DNA of 24,000 bases from Brenneria nigrifluens DSM 30175 = ATCC 13028 (GCF_005484965.1 NZ_CP034036.1:1328468-1352467); one strand, 5' to 3'; counted from the stretch's first letter, positions 1 to 10,650 are shown. Translations and numbers: made by a program. Notes: generated by a model from the sequence alone, not told the origin.

Positions 1-1
1 T

Positions 2-409
2 ATCCGTGAGGGGGCAACGCTGCTGACCGGCGGAAAAGCCTGGGGGGAAACCGGCTATTATGTTGAACCGACGATCCTTGACCATACCCGCGGCGACATG
101 CAGGTGGTGCGGGAAGAGATCTTCGGACCGGTGCTGTGCGTGAGCCGTTTCTCTGATGACGATGAGGCGGTTGCTCAGGCCAACGCTTCCATTTATGGTC
201 TGGCGGCCAGTCTGTTTACCCGCGATCTGAGCCGGGCGCACCGGGTGGCACAGCGACTCAAGGCCGGCACTATTGGCGTCAACACCCATCATGTGATCGA
301 CCCCGCGCTACCTTTCGGGGGATTCAAACAGTCCGGCTGGGGGCGTGAAATGGGGTGGGAAGCCATTGAACTTTATACCGAGCTGCGTTCCATCGGGGTC
401 GCGCTGTAA
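2..409 (+). CDS. aldehyde dehydrogenase family protein, C-terminal part (5' end outside window)
   Basis: The frame is open from base 2 (IREGATLLTGGKAWGETGYYVEPTILDHTRGDMQVV...). It contains the ALDH hallmarks EEIFGPV and PFGGFKQSGWGRE. TAA stop at 407-409. Confidence 0.85.
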   Translation: MREGATLLTGGKAWGETGYYVEPTILDHTRGDMQVVREEIFGPVLCVSRFSDDDEAVAQANASIYGLAASLFTRDLSRAHRVAQRLKAGTIGVNTHHVIDPALPFGGFKQSGWGREMGWEAIELYTELRSIGVAL

Positions 410-439
410 CGAGGTACAAAGCTGGTTGCCTCGGCATCC

Positions 440-569
440 TTTTAATCGCCGTGGTCGCGTTTTGAGAATGCGATGGAGATAGACTGGCATTCAGCCCCAT
501 GAGCGCCAGGCAGGATGTTATCAGCCGCCCGGTGTAACCTCTGGCGCCATAAATCATTAATTTTTTCAT
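440..569 (-). pseudogene. N-terminal stub of a saccharopine-dehydrogenase-like NAD(P)-binding oxidoreductase gene
   Basis: The ATG at 569-567 overlaps the upstream VOC stop in an ATGA junction. The first residues, MKKLMIYGARGYTGRLI, form a GxxGxxG Rossmann N-terminus. Only about 160 bp lie between it and the convergent ALDH stop, so the gene body is missing. The left boundary is approximate. Confidence 0.3.
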
Positions 570-964
570 TGGTGCTGCCAGCGCTTATAGACAAACTCAA
601 GGCTGTATCCGTCCGGGTCGGTAACCTGTGCGGCGTAATACTCAGGGTCATAATGAAGCTGTGGGCCGGGAACATGAATGGACGTGGCGCCGGCGGCGAG
701 CGCGGCGTGATAAGCCTGGTTTACCTTCCGCCGGGAGTCCGCCGCGAACCCGATATGCACCGCGCCGGGAGCAGGTAGCCCTTTTCGCAGCCAGAAAAAC
801 ATCCGTCCATCGGCGCCGAAGCCCTCCAGATCCGGATGTCCGGCGGGGCCATTCCCGCCGTCGTATTTAAGACGGCCGGTAATCCCAAGCGGAGTCAGCG
901 CCTGAGAATAGAATGCAATGGCGCGATCGATATCGCTTACTGTCAGAAAGATATGGTCAAGCAT
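566..964 (-). CDS. VOC (glyoxalase/bleomycin-resistance/dioxygenase fold) family protein
   Basis: 132-aa ORF with MLDHIFLTVSDIDRAIAFY at the N-terminus and DPDGYSLEF near the C-terminus, both typical of the VOC fold. I chose the ATG at 964 because AAGAGGA lies 6 nt upstream; the track ORF begins at GTG 982. Confidence 0.8.
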   Translation of the reverse strand: MLDHIFLTVSDIDRAIAFYSQALTPLGITGRLKYDGGNGPAGHPDLEGFGADGRMFFWLRKGLPAPGAVHIGFAADSRRKVNQAYHAALAAGATSIHVPGPQLHYDPEYYAAQVTDPDGYSLEFVYKRWQHQ

Positions 965-1156
965 GATGGTTCCTCTTTTCACATTCTGTAGCCGCCTGCG
1001 GTTATCGGAACGCTACGCATACAGAGTTCCGGGGTTAGCAGGGCAGACCTAAAGGATAGGCGCTGACGTTTGCCGCGGCTCATGTAATCCTCTTCGAAAG
1101 TTGCCTGATTCTGCTTTTCTCTTGTCGGCCTCTGCCGGCCATGCTAATAATCGGCC

Positions 1157-2047
1157 ATGGAAAATCAGCTGCAAGAATTGCGCGTTCTGGCTGCCGGAGC
1201 AGGGAATCAGCCTACTGAAACGGGTATCCCGCGCGTCGCGATGGTTCAGGGAGAAATTCCTGAACATCGGCTGTCCGCCGTTTATCAACCGATGATTAAC
1301 CTGATCCTGACCGGATCGAAAAGCATAACGGTGGGAGACAGAACATACCGCTACAACCCGGCGACCTATTTCGTCATGTCGGTGGATTTACCGGCCGTCG
1401 GTAAAATTTATGCCGATGCGCAGACCGGCGCCCCTTATCTTGCCGTCAGCCTGACGCCGGCGCCGGAAATTATCGCCGATCTGCTGTCCGGCTTGCCTGA
1501 AGCCAGTTCCCCGTCACTTTACAACGTCGGGTTTTCCGTGGCCCCGGTAACGCCGGAATTACTTGATGCCTGGCTGCGCATGTTGCGCTTGATGAATAAG
1601 CCGGATGAAATCGCCGCGCTGGCTCCCGCCTATGAACGGGAAATCCTGTTCCGCGTGCTTCAGGGGCCGCTCGGCTGGATGCTGCGGGATATCGCCACGC
1701 CGGACACGCATTTGTCGCGCATTTACGCCGTGGTCAACTGGATAAAACAGAACTATATGCAGACGGTGAGGATTAAGGAGCTGGCGGCGATGGCCGCGCT
1801 GAGCGTCTCGGCGTTTCATCGTCACTTTCGCGCCATTACCGCGCTCAGCCCGCTGCAGTATCAGAAACGCATTCGGTTGATGCAGGCGCGGACGAAACTG
1901 GCGACCGGGAGCGCAAATATCACCACCGTCGCCCTGTCCGTCGGCTATCAAAGCCATACCCAGTTCAGCCGGGAATATGCGCGGCTGTTTGGCTTGCCGC
2001 CGTCAGTGGATCTGCGTCGTATCGCACGCAGCAGAGAAAACCTCTAG
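1157..2047 (+). CDS. AraC family transcriptional regulator with AraC_N-type sensor domain
   Basis: 296 aa. The C-terminal part carries the double HTH (IKELAAMAALSVSAFHRHFRAITALSPLQYQKRIRLMQAR ... VGYQSHTQFSREYARLFGLPPS). It is divergent from the VOC gene. Confidence 0.85.
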   Translation: MENQLQELRVLAAGAGNQPTETGIPRVAMVQGEIPEHRLSAVYQPMINLILTGSKSITVGDRTYRYNPATYFVMSVDLPAVGKIYADAQTGAPYLAVSLTPAPEIIADLLSGLPEASSPSLYNVGFSVAPVTPELLDAWLRMLRLMNKPDEIAALAPAYEREILFRVLQGPLGWMLRDIATPDTHLSRIYAVVNWIKQNYMQTVRIKELAAMAALSVSAFHRHFRAITALSPLQYQKRIRLMQARTKLATGSANITTVALSVGYQSHTQFSREYARLFGLPPSVDLRRIARSRENL

Positions 2048-2056
2048 GCGCCGCCT

Positions 2057-2371
2057 TTATATATAGAGGACTTTTGTTATCTTATCCGCCGTTGCCTGAA
2101 GTAGCGTAATAAGGTGCACCATATTTGCTAGGTTTTTTCTCACATGTGGCGCGGAGATACTCAGACAGGCGATCACTTTCCCAGCCGGATCAAAAACAGG
2201 TACGGCAGCGCCCACCACTCCGATCACAAATTCTGAATCATTCACGGCATAGCCCAGTTCCCGAGTCTTAAGTACCTCGCGCTTCAGGTAGTCGGGATCA
2301 ATGATGGTATTCGGCGTAACCTGCTCCCATGGGCCGCTCAGCAGGTAGGCGTCCAGAAGCTTATCAGACAT
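2057..2371 (-). pseudogene. IclR-family regulator, C-terminal effector-domain fragment only (no HTH)
   Basis: 104 aa containing the IclR C-domain signature VGAAVPVFDPAGKVIACLSISAPHVR. Full-length IclR proteins are about 250-270 aa. The sequence upstream of 2371 is occupied by the citX fragment on the other strand. Confidence 0.7.
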
Positions 2372-2372
2372 A

Positions 2373-2760
2373 TTGGCCGCGAAAATCCTTTTTGATGCGG
2401 CGATTAGCTTCGTCGCTGAACTCTGCGCAAGCCGTGGGTGGATGGCGTTGGAGCGGGAAATTCTACAGGAGGATACGGGCTATCAGGCGATATGGGTGAT
2501 TGATGCGCCGGCGATGTCGTTGAAAGCGGCGATGGTGGACGCTGAGGATCGACATCCGTTAGGCCGCTTATGGGATATGGACGTAGTGAGCCCGGAGAGC
2601 GGCCCCCTTTCTCGTTCTGCGATAGGCCATCCGGCCAGAGCTTGTCTGATCTGCGACGAGCCGGCCCACGCCTGCAGCCGTAGCCGCCGACACGATCGTG
2701 ATGAGCTTTTAGTGGTGATGGCGCAGCGTATTATGACGTACCTGAACCGAGCCTGTCGGA
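2373..2760 (+). pseudogene. citX: CitX (apo-citrate lyase phosphoribosyl-dephospho-CoA transferase) fragment lacking about 50 N-terminal residues
   Basis: The translation carries the CitX core HPLGRLWDMDVVSPE and the Cys-rich CLICDEPAHACSRSRRH block. It begins at a TTG with no SD, inside what would be the protein. There is no native stop: the frame runs on into the antisense of the 66-bp repeat and ends at 2828. No citCDEF or citG genes are in the window. Confidence 0.75.
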
Positions 2761-2826
2761 ATTACTCCACCCGTACATCAAAACCGGGGAAGTACTGTTT
2801 GGCCAGCTTCTCGACGGTGCCGTCTT
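2761..2826 (-). repeat. 66-bp left copy of direct repeat; orphan 3' end (last 21 codons plus stop) of the amino-acid SBP gene
   Basis: It is identical to 9815-9880 at 65/66 positions by direct comparison (A2783 versus G9837, a synonymous GGT/GGC codon on the minus strand). It breaks at 2826/2827 into the rpiB downstream sequence. Confidence 0.95.
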
Positions 2827-2837
2827 GATGGCTTTTT

Positions 2838-3290
2838 TCAGCGCCGCAGCTGTTGTTCGAGCTGGACAATCGCCTCGACGCGTTTCTGATGGCGCCCGCC
2901 TTCAAACTCCGCCTTGAGCCAGCTATCGACAATCATTTTCGCCAATTCCAGCCCCACTACACGCGATCCAAATGCCAGAATATTGGTGTTGTTGTGCTGG
3001 CGGGAAAGCTGCGCGGAGTAGGGTTCACTGCACACCACGGCGCGGATACCGGGAAACTTATTGGCGGTAATGGAAATCCCCACGCCGGTGCCGCAGATAA
3101 GAATACCGCCGTCAACCTCTCCGTTCACCACCGCTTCTGCCACCGCGCTGGCAAAGTGCGGGTAGTCGGTGCGTTCCTGCGACCAGGCGCCTTTATCCAC
3201 GACCTCGATGTTCTTTGACCGCAGATGCGCCAGAATATCCTCTTTGAGGATAAACCCGACATGGTCACAGCCAAATGCAATCCGCTTCAT
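2838..3290 (-). CDS. rpiB: ribose-5-phosphate isomerase B / allose-6-phosphate isomerase
   Basis: 150 aa. MKRIAFGCDHVGF...GGILICGTGVGISI.ANKF.GIRAVVCSEPYSAQLSRQHNNTN..AFGSRVVGLELAKMIVD is near-collinear with E. coli RpiB as I remember it. AGGGGGA SD 8 nt upstream of the ATG. Confidence 0.95.
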   Translation of the reverse strand: MKRIAFGCDHVGFILKEDILAHLRSKNIEVVDKGAWSQERTDYPHFASAVAEAVVNGEVDGGILICGTGVGISITANKFPGIRAVVCSEPYSAQLSRQHNNTNILAFGSRVVGLELAKMIVDSWLKAEFEGGRHQKRVEAIVQLEQQLRR

Positions 3291-3653
3291 ACGCTATTCC
3301 CCCTACTTGAGAAAACTTTACAGTTAAGGTTTATTTGTGACTTTTTATCGATTTTATGCGGAAAAAAGCCACGGCGTCACCGGGTTAAGCGCCTGTTCTA
3401 CACATCCTGATGAGACAAATCAATATGGATATATACATAAAATAGCTCGTCATGTTCCTGTACTGATGTATGATTTTTATTTAATTTATTGTTTTTATTG
3501 TATTATTTTTGTTTTTTGAAAATAAAAATGAGGGGGAACTTCATGGATATAAAAACTTTATAAATTTAATATTTTTGTGAAGTTGATGGCATATTTCTCG
3601 CTGCCGGTGTGGTGATATAGTGTCGTCTTCTATTTAAAGGACGCGAGCGCACA

Positions 3654-4538
3654 ATGAGTCAGTCAGAGTTTGATCAGGGACTCCCTAACGGAATCGGTAT
3701 TGCGCCCTATCTGCGTATGAAGCAGGAAGGGATGACTGAAAACGAAAGCCGGATTGTGGAGTGGCTGTTAACGCCAGGCAATTTGAGTGAAGCCCCGGCG
3801 ATTAAAGATGTTGCCGAGGCGCTGGCGGTGTCCGAGGCAATGATCGTCAAGGTATCGAAGCGTCTGGGTTTCAGCGGGTTTCGCAACCTGCGCAGCGCCC
3901 TGGTGAATTATTTTTCGCAGTCTGAACAGGTGTTGCCTGCGGAGCTCTCTTTCGATGAAGCGCCGCAGGATGTGGTGAACAAGGTGTTCAATATTACCTT
4001 ACGCACCATCATGGAAGGCCAGTCGATTGTTAATGTTGATGAAATTCATCGCGCCGCACGTTACTTTTTTGGCGCCGACCAGCGTGATTTATACGGCGTC
4101 GGCGGTTCTAACACCATTTGTGCCGATATTCACCACAAACTTTTGCGTATCGGCGTGCGCTGCCATGCCTATCAGGATGCGCATATCATGATGATGTCCG
4201 CCGCTTTGCTGAAAGAGGGCGATGTGGTTCTGGTGGTGTCGCATTCCGGGCGCACCAGTGATTTGAAAGCGGCCGTCGAACTGGCGAAGAAAAATGGGGC
4301 AAAAATAATTTGTATTACTCATAGCTATCATTCGCCGATTGCCAAACTGGCAGATTTTATTATTTGTTCGCCAGCACCAGAGACCCCTTTATTGGGACGA
4401 AACGCGTCAGCCAGAATATTACAATTAACGTTATTAGATGCTTTCTTTGTTTCCGTTGCCCAACAGAATATTGAACAGGCAACATTAAATATGGAAAAAA
4501 CCGGTGCTATTGTCGATTTTTTCCGGCGTGACCGATGA
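3654..4538 (+). CDS. alsR: RpiR/AlsR-family repressor of the als regulon (HTH_6 + SIS domains)
   Basis: 294 aa. MSQSEFD...LRMKQEGMTENESRIVEWLL...AIKDVAEALAVSEAMIVKVSK is followed by an SIS domain (VVSHSGRTSD...KIICITHSYHSPIAKLAD). It is collinear with E. coli RpiR/AlsR. Confidence 0.9.
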   Translation: MSQSEFDQGLPNGIGIAPYLRMKQEGMTENESRIVEWLLTPGNLSEAPAIKDVAEALAVSEAMIVKVSKRLGFSGFRNLRSALVNYFSQSEQVLPAELSFDEAPQDVVNKVFNITLRTIMEGQSIVNVDEIHRAARYFFGADQRDLYGVGGSNTICADIHHKLLRIGVRCHAYQDAHIMMMSAALLKEGDVVLVVSHSGRTSDLKAAVELAKKNGAKIICITHSYHSPIAKLADFIICSPAPETPLLGRNASARILQLTLLDAFFVSVAQQNIEQATLNMEKTGAIVDFFRRDR

Positions 4539-4556
4539 AGTGACAATATAAAGATG

Positions 4557-4576
4557 TATTCCGCATATGTGGAATA
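4557..4576. promoter_or_regulatory. 20-bp near-perfect dyad TATTCCGCAT|ATGTGGAATA between alsR and alsB (candidate AlsR operator)
   Basis: 9 of 10 symmetric pairs match on reading the sequence. It lies 19 nt after the alsR stop and 34 nt before the alsB ATG. A 9/10 half-site, ATGCGGAAAA, occurs at 3356-3365 in the rpiB-alsR spacer. Confidence 0.35.
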
Positions 4577-4609
4577 TATCTCTGTACTCCCTACAAAGAG
4601 AACACTGCC

Positions 4610-5545
4610 ATGAATAAATATCTGAAAATATTCAGCGGCGCGGCCGTGGGATTAATGCTGTCAACCAGTGCCTTCGCTGTCGCCGAATATGCCGTAGTCT
4701 TAAAAACATTATCCAATCCGTTTTGGGTGGATATGAAAAAAGGAATTGAAGACGAAGCGAAAAAACAGGGGGTGAGCGTCGATATTTTCGCCTCCCCCTC
4801 TGAAGGCGATTTCCAGTCGCAATTGCAACTCTTTGAAGACCTAAGCAATAAAAATTACAAAGGCATCGCCTTTGCCCCCTTATCTTCCGTCAACCTGGTA
4901 ATGCCGGTGGCACGAGCATGGAAAAAGGGAATTTACCTGGTTAACCTCGACGAAAAAATCGATATGGATAACTTGAAAAAAGCGGGGGGTAACGTTGAAG
5001 CGTTTGTCACCACCGATAACGTCGCGGTCGGGGCGAAAGGCGCCGAATTTATCATTGAAAAACTGGGCGCCACAGGCGGTGAAGTGGCGATTATTGAAGG
5101 CAAAGCGGGCAACGCCTCCGGCGAGGCTCGCCGCAACGGGGCGACCGGGGCTTTCAAAAAAGCGATGCAGATCAAACTGGTCGCCAGTCAGCCTGCCGAC
5201 TGGGATCGGATTAAAGCGCTGGACGTGGCCACCAACGTGTTGCAGCGCAACCCGGATCTGAAGGCGTTCTACTGTGCAAACGACACGATGGCGATGGGCG
5301 TTTCCCAGGCGGTGGCGAATGCGGGTAAAACCGGCAAAGTACTGGTGGTGGGGACCGACGGTATTCCGGAAGCGCGCAAAATGGTGGACGGCGGGCAGAT
5401 GACCGCCACCGTCGCGCAAAACCCGGCGGATATTGGCGCTACGGGATTGAAATTGCTGATCGAGGCGGCGAGCACCGGCAAGGTAATTCCGCTGGAAAAA
5501 GCGCCGGCGTTTAAGCTGGTCGATTCGCTTCTGGTGACGAAGTAA
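4610..5545 (+). CDS. alsB: D-allose ABC transporter periplasmic substrate-binding protein
   Basis: 311 aa with a signal peptide (MNKYLKIFSGAAVGLMLSTSAFA). AEYAVVLKTLSNPFWVDMKKGIEDEAK... is collinear with E. coli AlsB. Confidence 0.95.
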   Translation: MNKYLKIFSGAAVGLMLSTSAFAVAEYAVVLKTLSNPFWVDMKKGIEDEAKKQGVSVDIFASPSEGDFQSQLQLFEDLSNKNYKGIAFAPLSSVNLVMPVARAWKKGIYLVNLDEKIDMDNLKKAGGNVEAFVTTDNVAVGAKGAEFIIEKLGATGGEVAIIEGKAGNASGEARRNGATGAFKKAMQIKLVASQPADWDRIKALDVATNVLQRNPDLKAFYCANDTMAMGVSQAVANAGKTGKVLVVGTDGIPEARKMVDGGQMTATVAQNPADIGATGLKLLIEAASTGKVIPLEKAPAFKLVDSLLVTK

Positions 5546-5560
5546 TTTTCCCCTCACTCC

Positions 5561-5584
5561 GATCCTCTCTTCAGGGAGAGGGTC
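5561..5584 (+). other. intercistronic stem-loop between alsB and alsA
   Basis: GATCCTCTC / GAGAGGGTC pair as a 9-bp stem (one G-U) with the loop TTCAGG. There is no U-tract, so it is more likely an mRNA-stability or processing hairpin than a terminator. Confidence 0.35.
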
Positions 5585-5624
5585 CCTTCCCGTAAGCAGG
5601 GGGGGCAATAATATGAGGCTTACT

Positions 5625-7135
<1,511 letters not shown>

Positions 7136-7157
<22 letters not shown>

Positions 7158-8116
7158 AAAGCGACATGAGCGAGAAAAAACCGTTTAACTTCGCGCTGTT
7201 CTGGGATAAGTACGGCACCTTTTTTATCCTGGCGATCATCGTCGCCATTTTCGGCAGCCTGTCGTCGGAATACTTTCTGACCACCAATAACATCACGCAG
7301 ATTTTCGTGCAAAGTTCGGTCACCGTATTGATCGGCATGGGGGAGTTTTTCGCCATTCTGGTGGCGGGGATCGACCTGTCGGTCGGTGCCATCCTGGCGC
7401 TCTCCGGTATGGTGACCGCCAAACTGATGCTGGCGGGCGTCGATCCGTTTCTCGCCGCGCTGATTGGCGGCGTGCTGGTCGGCGGCGCGCTCGGCGCGAT
7501 TAACGGCTGTCTGGTGAACTGGACCGGGCTGCATCCGTTCATTATTACGCTCGGCACCAACGCCATTTTCCGCGGCGTCACGCTGGTGATTTCCGATGCC
7601 AACTCGGTGTACGGCTTCTCATTTGATTTTGTGAACTTTTTTGCCGCCAGCGTTATCGGCATCCCGGTGCCGGTTATTTTCTCTCTGTTGGTGGCGGTGA
7701 TCCTGTGGTTTGTCACCACGCGGATGCGCCTGGGCCGCAATATTTACGCTCTGGGCGGTAACAAGAATTCGGCTTTTTACTCCGGCATCGATGTGAAATT
7801 CCACATTCTGGTGGTGTTCATCATTTCCGGTATCTGCGCCGGTCTCGCCGGCGTGGTTTCAACCGCGCGTTTGGGCGCGGCGGAGCCGCTGGCGGGAATG
7901 GGTTTTGAAACCTATGCCATCGCCAGCGCCATTATCGGCGGCACCAGTTTCTTCGGCGGCAAGGGTCGCATCTTCTCAGTGGTTATAGGCGGACTGATTA
8001 TCGGCACTATCAATAACGGGCTGAATATCCTGCAAGTACAGACTTATTACCAACTGGTGGTGATGGGCGGGCTGATTATTGCCGCTGTTGCCCTCGATAG
8101 GCTTATCAGTAAGTAA
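7136..8116 (+). CDS. alsC: D-allose ABC transporter permease
   Basis: 326-aa polytopic membrane protein, MGITSRVKSDMSEKKPFNFALFWDKYGTFFILAI..., collinear with E. coli AlsC. GAGGAG lies 8 nt upstream. The start overlaps the alsA end by 22 nt. Confidence 0.95.
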
Positions 8117-8127
8117 GGAATTCCACG

Positions 8128-8823
8128 ATGAAAATATCCCCCTCTTTGATGTGTATGGATCTGCTGAAATTTAAAGAACAGATCGAGTTTATTGATAGCC
8201 ATGCGGACTATTTTCATATCGATATTATGGATGGTCACTTTGTCCCTAACCTGACGCTTTCGCCCTTTTTTGTCAGCCAGGTGAAAAAGCTGGCAAGCCT
8301 GCCGCTGGATTGCCATTTGATGGTCACGCGGCCGCAGGATTATATCGGTCAACTGGCGCGGGCGGGGGCGGACTTCATCACCTTGCATCCGGAAACGATC
8401 AACGGCCAGGCGTTTCGCCTGATCGATGAGATCCGCCGCTTCGGCATGAAAGTCGGGCTGATCCTCAATCCGGAAACTCCGGTTGAGGCGATGAAATACT
8501 ATATTCATAAAGCGGACAAAATTACCGTTATGACCGTCGATCCGGGCTTTGCCGGGCAGCCGTTTATCCCGGAAATGCTGGAAAAAATCACCGAGCTGAA
8601 AGCCTGGCGCGAACGCGAAGGGCTTGGCTACGAAATTGAAATCGATGGTTCCTGTAACCAGGGCACCTATCAGAAACTCATCGCGGCCGGGGCGGATGTC
8701 TTTATCGTCGGCACCTCCGGCTTGTTCAACCATGCGGACAATATCGATGAAGCCTGGTCCTTAATGGCAGAGCAGATCCTGGCGGCGAAAAAAGAGGTAC
8801 AGCCTCATGCAAGAACGGCATAA
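8128..8823 (+). CDS. alsE: D-allulose-6-phosphate 3-epimerase
   Basis: 231 aa. [43 protein letters not shown]... belongs to the ribulose-phosphate 3-epimerase family and is collinear with E. coli AlsE. Confidence 0.95.
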   Translation: MKISPSLMCMDLLKFKEQIEFIDSHADYFHIDIMDGHFVPNLTLSPFFVSQVKKLASLPLDCHLMVTRPQDYIGQLARAGADFITLHPETINGQAFRLIDEIRRFGMKVGLILNPETPVEAMKYYIHKADKITVMTVDPGFAGQPFIPEMLEKITELKAWREREGLGYEIEIDGSCNQGTYQKLIAAGADVFIVGTSGLFNHADNIDEAWSLMAEQILAAKKEVQPHARTA

Positions 8824-9712
8824 CGTCGTGGCGGGCGTGGATATGGGGGCGACGCATATCCGTTTTTGTCTGCAATCGATAAGCGGAGAAGTGTTGCACT
8901 GTGAGAAACGCCGCACGGCTGAGGTGATTGCCAACGGCCTGGTCGCCGGTATTCGCACGTTGTTGCAGCAACAGCTTTACCGGTTTCACGCCCGTTGCCA
9001 CGGGCTGGTGATGGGATTCCCGGCGCTGGTCGGCAAAGACAAACGCACCATCATCTCCACCCCCAACTTACCGCTGGCGGCGGGTTCACTTACCGGACTT
9101 GCCGATGAACTGGAAACCGCGTTGGGCTGTGCGGTGGAGTTTTCCCGCGATGTGAATCTGCAACTCTCGTTCGACGTACGGGAGAACGGCCTGAAAGACC
9201 AACTGGTGCTGGCGGCCTATCTTGGCACAGGCATGGGCTTTGCTATCTGGCTGAACGGCGCGCCGTGGATCGGGGCGCACGGTGTTGCGGGCGAACTCGG
9301 CCACATTCCGCAGGGCGACATGCGGCTACGCTGCGGCTGCGGCAATGCCGGGTGCCTGGAAACGGTCTGCTCCGGTATCGCGCTCAAGCGCTGGTATGAG
9401 CTGCAGTCGCGTCATTATGCGCTCGGCGAATTGTTTATTCATGCCCGTAATGAACCCTTTGTGCAGGCGCTGTTGCAGCATGCGGCGCGGGCCATCGCCA
9501 CCAGTATTAACCTGTTCGATCCGCAGGCGGTGATCCTCGGCGGCGGGGTGATGGATATGCCCGCGTTCCCGCGTGATGCGCTGATTGCGCGGATTGACTC
9601 GCACCTGCGCCGTCCGCTGCCGCACGCGGCGGTGCGTTTTCTGGCGGCTTCATCTTCTGCCTATAACGGCGCGCAGGGCGCGGCGGCGCTGGCGCTTGCC
9701 CGCTTTACGTAG
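8807..9712 (+). CDS. alsK: D-allose kinase (ROK family)
   Basis: 301 aa. It carries [22 protein letters not shown] and the ROK zinc motif [10 protein letters not shown]...[10 protein letters not shown]. The start overlaps alsE by 17 nt. Confidence 0.9.
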   Translation: MQERHNVVAGVDMGATHIRFCLQSISGEVLHCEKRRTAEVIANGLVAGIRTLLQQQLYRFHARCHGLVMGFPALVGKDKRTIISTPNLPLAAGSLTGLADELETALGCAVEFSRDVNLQLSFDVRENGLKDQLVLAAYLGTGMGFAIWLNGAPWIGAHGVAGELGHIPQGDMRLRCGCGNAGCLETVCSGIALKRWYELQSRHYALGELFIHARNEPFVQALLQHAARAIATSINLFDPQAVILGGGVMDMPAFPRDALIARIDSHLRRPLPHAAVRFLAASSSAYNGAQGAAALALARFT

Positions 9713-9814
9713 CACTTTTTTCCGCCGGCGGCTTTGGGTTCAAGAAATACCTGTCTATTCCCCCGGAAATGCCTTCAGGTCCGCCAGGAGCCGCCTCGGC
9801 AGGCGGCTGCGAAT

Positions 9815-9880
9815 ATTACTCCACCCGTACATCAAAGCCGGGGAAGTACTGTTTGGCCAGCTTCTCGACGGTGCCGTCTT
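9815..9880 (-). repeat. 66-bp right copy of direct repeat (functional 3' end of the SBP gene)
   Basis: 65/66 identical to 2761-2826. It covers the stop codon (9816-9818) and the last 21 codons of CDS 9816-10592. Confidence 0.95.
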
Positions 9881-10592
9881 CTTTCACCTGCTTGATGGCC
9901 TTATCCAGCGCCTCTTTCAGCTTGGCGTCGTCTTTGCGCAGACCGAAACCGATGCCGCTGCCGAGAATGGTGGCGTCGTCAACCGGTTGGCCGATAAAGG
10001 CGAAGCCTTTACCCTCCGGGCGGTCGAGAAAGCCGGATTGTCCGGCCGCCGCCATCACCAGCGTGCCGTCCAGACGACCGGCCGCCAGATCGTCATAGGC
10101 CAGATTCTGATCTTTGTAAGAGATCACCGTGACGCCCTGTTTCTCCCAGTGCTCTTTGGCGTAGATTTCCTGAATGGAACCCTGAAGCACGCCGATGTTT
10201 TTGCCCTTCAGCGCCTCTGCCGTCGGCGCCAGTCCGGCCTGCGGTTTGCCCAGCAACTGGGTGGGGATGCGGTAAATCGGGGTGGTGAAATCAATGGCTT
10301 CTTTACGCTTTTCGGTGATGTTCATCGCCGAGTTGATGGCATCGAATTTTTTGGCTTTCAGCGCCGGAATCAGCGAGTCAAATGAGGTTTCGACCCAGGA
10401 GCATTTGAAGTTGCCGGCTTTGCAGATGGCATGGCCCAGATCGATATCGAATCCTTCCAACTGGCCTTGCGCATTTTTACTTTCAAACGGCGGGTATTCG
10501 GCTTCCACGCCGAAACGCAGTTCGGTCTGCGCCATGGCAAAGGAGGAAGAGAGTAAACCGAGCGATGCCAGCAGCATGTTTAATTTTTTCAT
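9816..10592 (-). CDS. periplasmic basic-amino-acid (Lys/Arg/Orn/His, HisJ/ArgT/ArtJ family) ABC substrate-binding protein
   Basis: 258 aa with a signal peptide (MKKLNMLLASLGLLSSSFAMA). YPPFESKNAQGQLEGFDIDL...LIPALKAKKFDAI..MNITEKR...GFGLRKDD matches the HisJ/ArgT family pattern. No cognate permease or ATPase genes are adjacent. Confidence 0.85.
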   Translation of the reverse strand: MKKLNMLLASLGLLSSSFAMAQTELRFGVEAEYPPFESKNAQGQLEGFDIDLGHAICKAGNFKCSWVETSFDSLIPALKAKKFDAINSAMNITEKRKEAIDFTTPIYRIPTQLLGKPQAGLAPTAEALKGKNIGVLQGSIQEIYAKEHWEKQGVTVISYKDQNLAYDDLAAGRLDGTLVMAAAGQSGFLDRPEGKGFAFIGQPVDDATILGSGIGFGLRKDDAKLKEALDKAIKQVKEDGTVEKLAKQYFPGFDVRVE

Positions 10593-10650
10593 ATCTGGAA
10601 CGATCTCCGTTAATTCGATGAGTTGTGATTAAAAATAGTGTCCCACAGCG

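Noticed and set aside
2373-2828. The 151-aa ORF taken at face value as an intact gene.
   Set aside because: It starts at a TTG without an SD, inside the CitX fold. Its last 22 codons are the antisense of the 66-bp SBP gene fragment. It is a chimeric read-through of a truncated gene, not a native CDS.
3337-3519. 60-61-aa ORFs in the AT-rich rpiB-alsR spacer (3225-3410, 3337-3519) and the 130-aa ORF 13654-14046 upstream of yeeE.
   Set aside because: They have no SD, a composition-driven sequence (Phe/Ile/Tyr runs, or Arg/Pro-rich) and sit in divergent or upstream control regions.
9722-9731. The CCGCCGGCGG palindrome flanked by T-runs after alsK, considered as an intrinsic terminator.
   Set aside because: A 10-bp perfect palindrome with no loop can only form a 3-bp stem, which is too weak to call.
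10600-10645. Possible CRP site TGTGG...TCACA (minus strand) upstream of the SBP gene.
   Set aside because: The two arms are separated by 14 nt rather than the required 6 nt.
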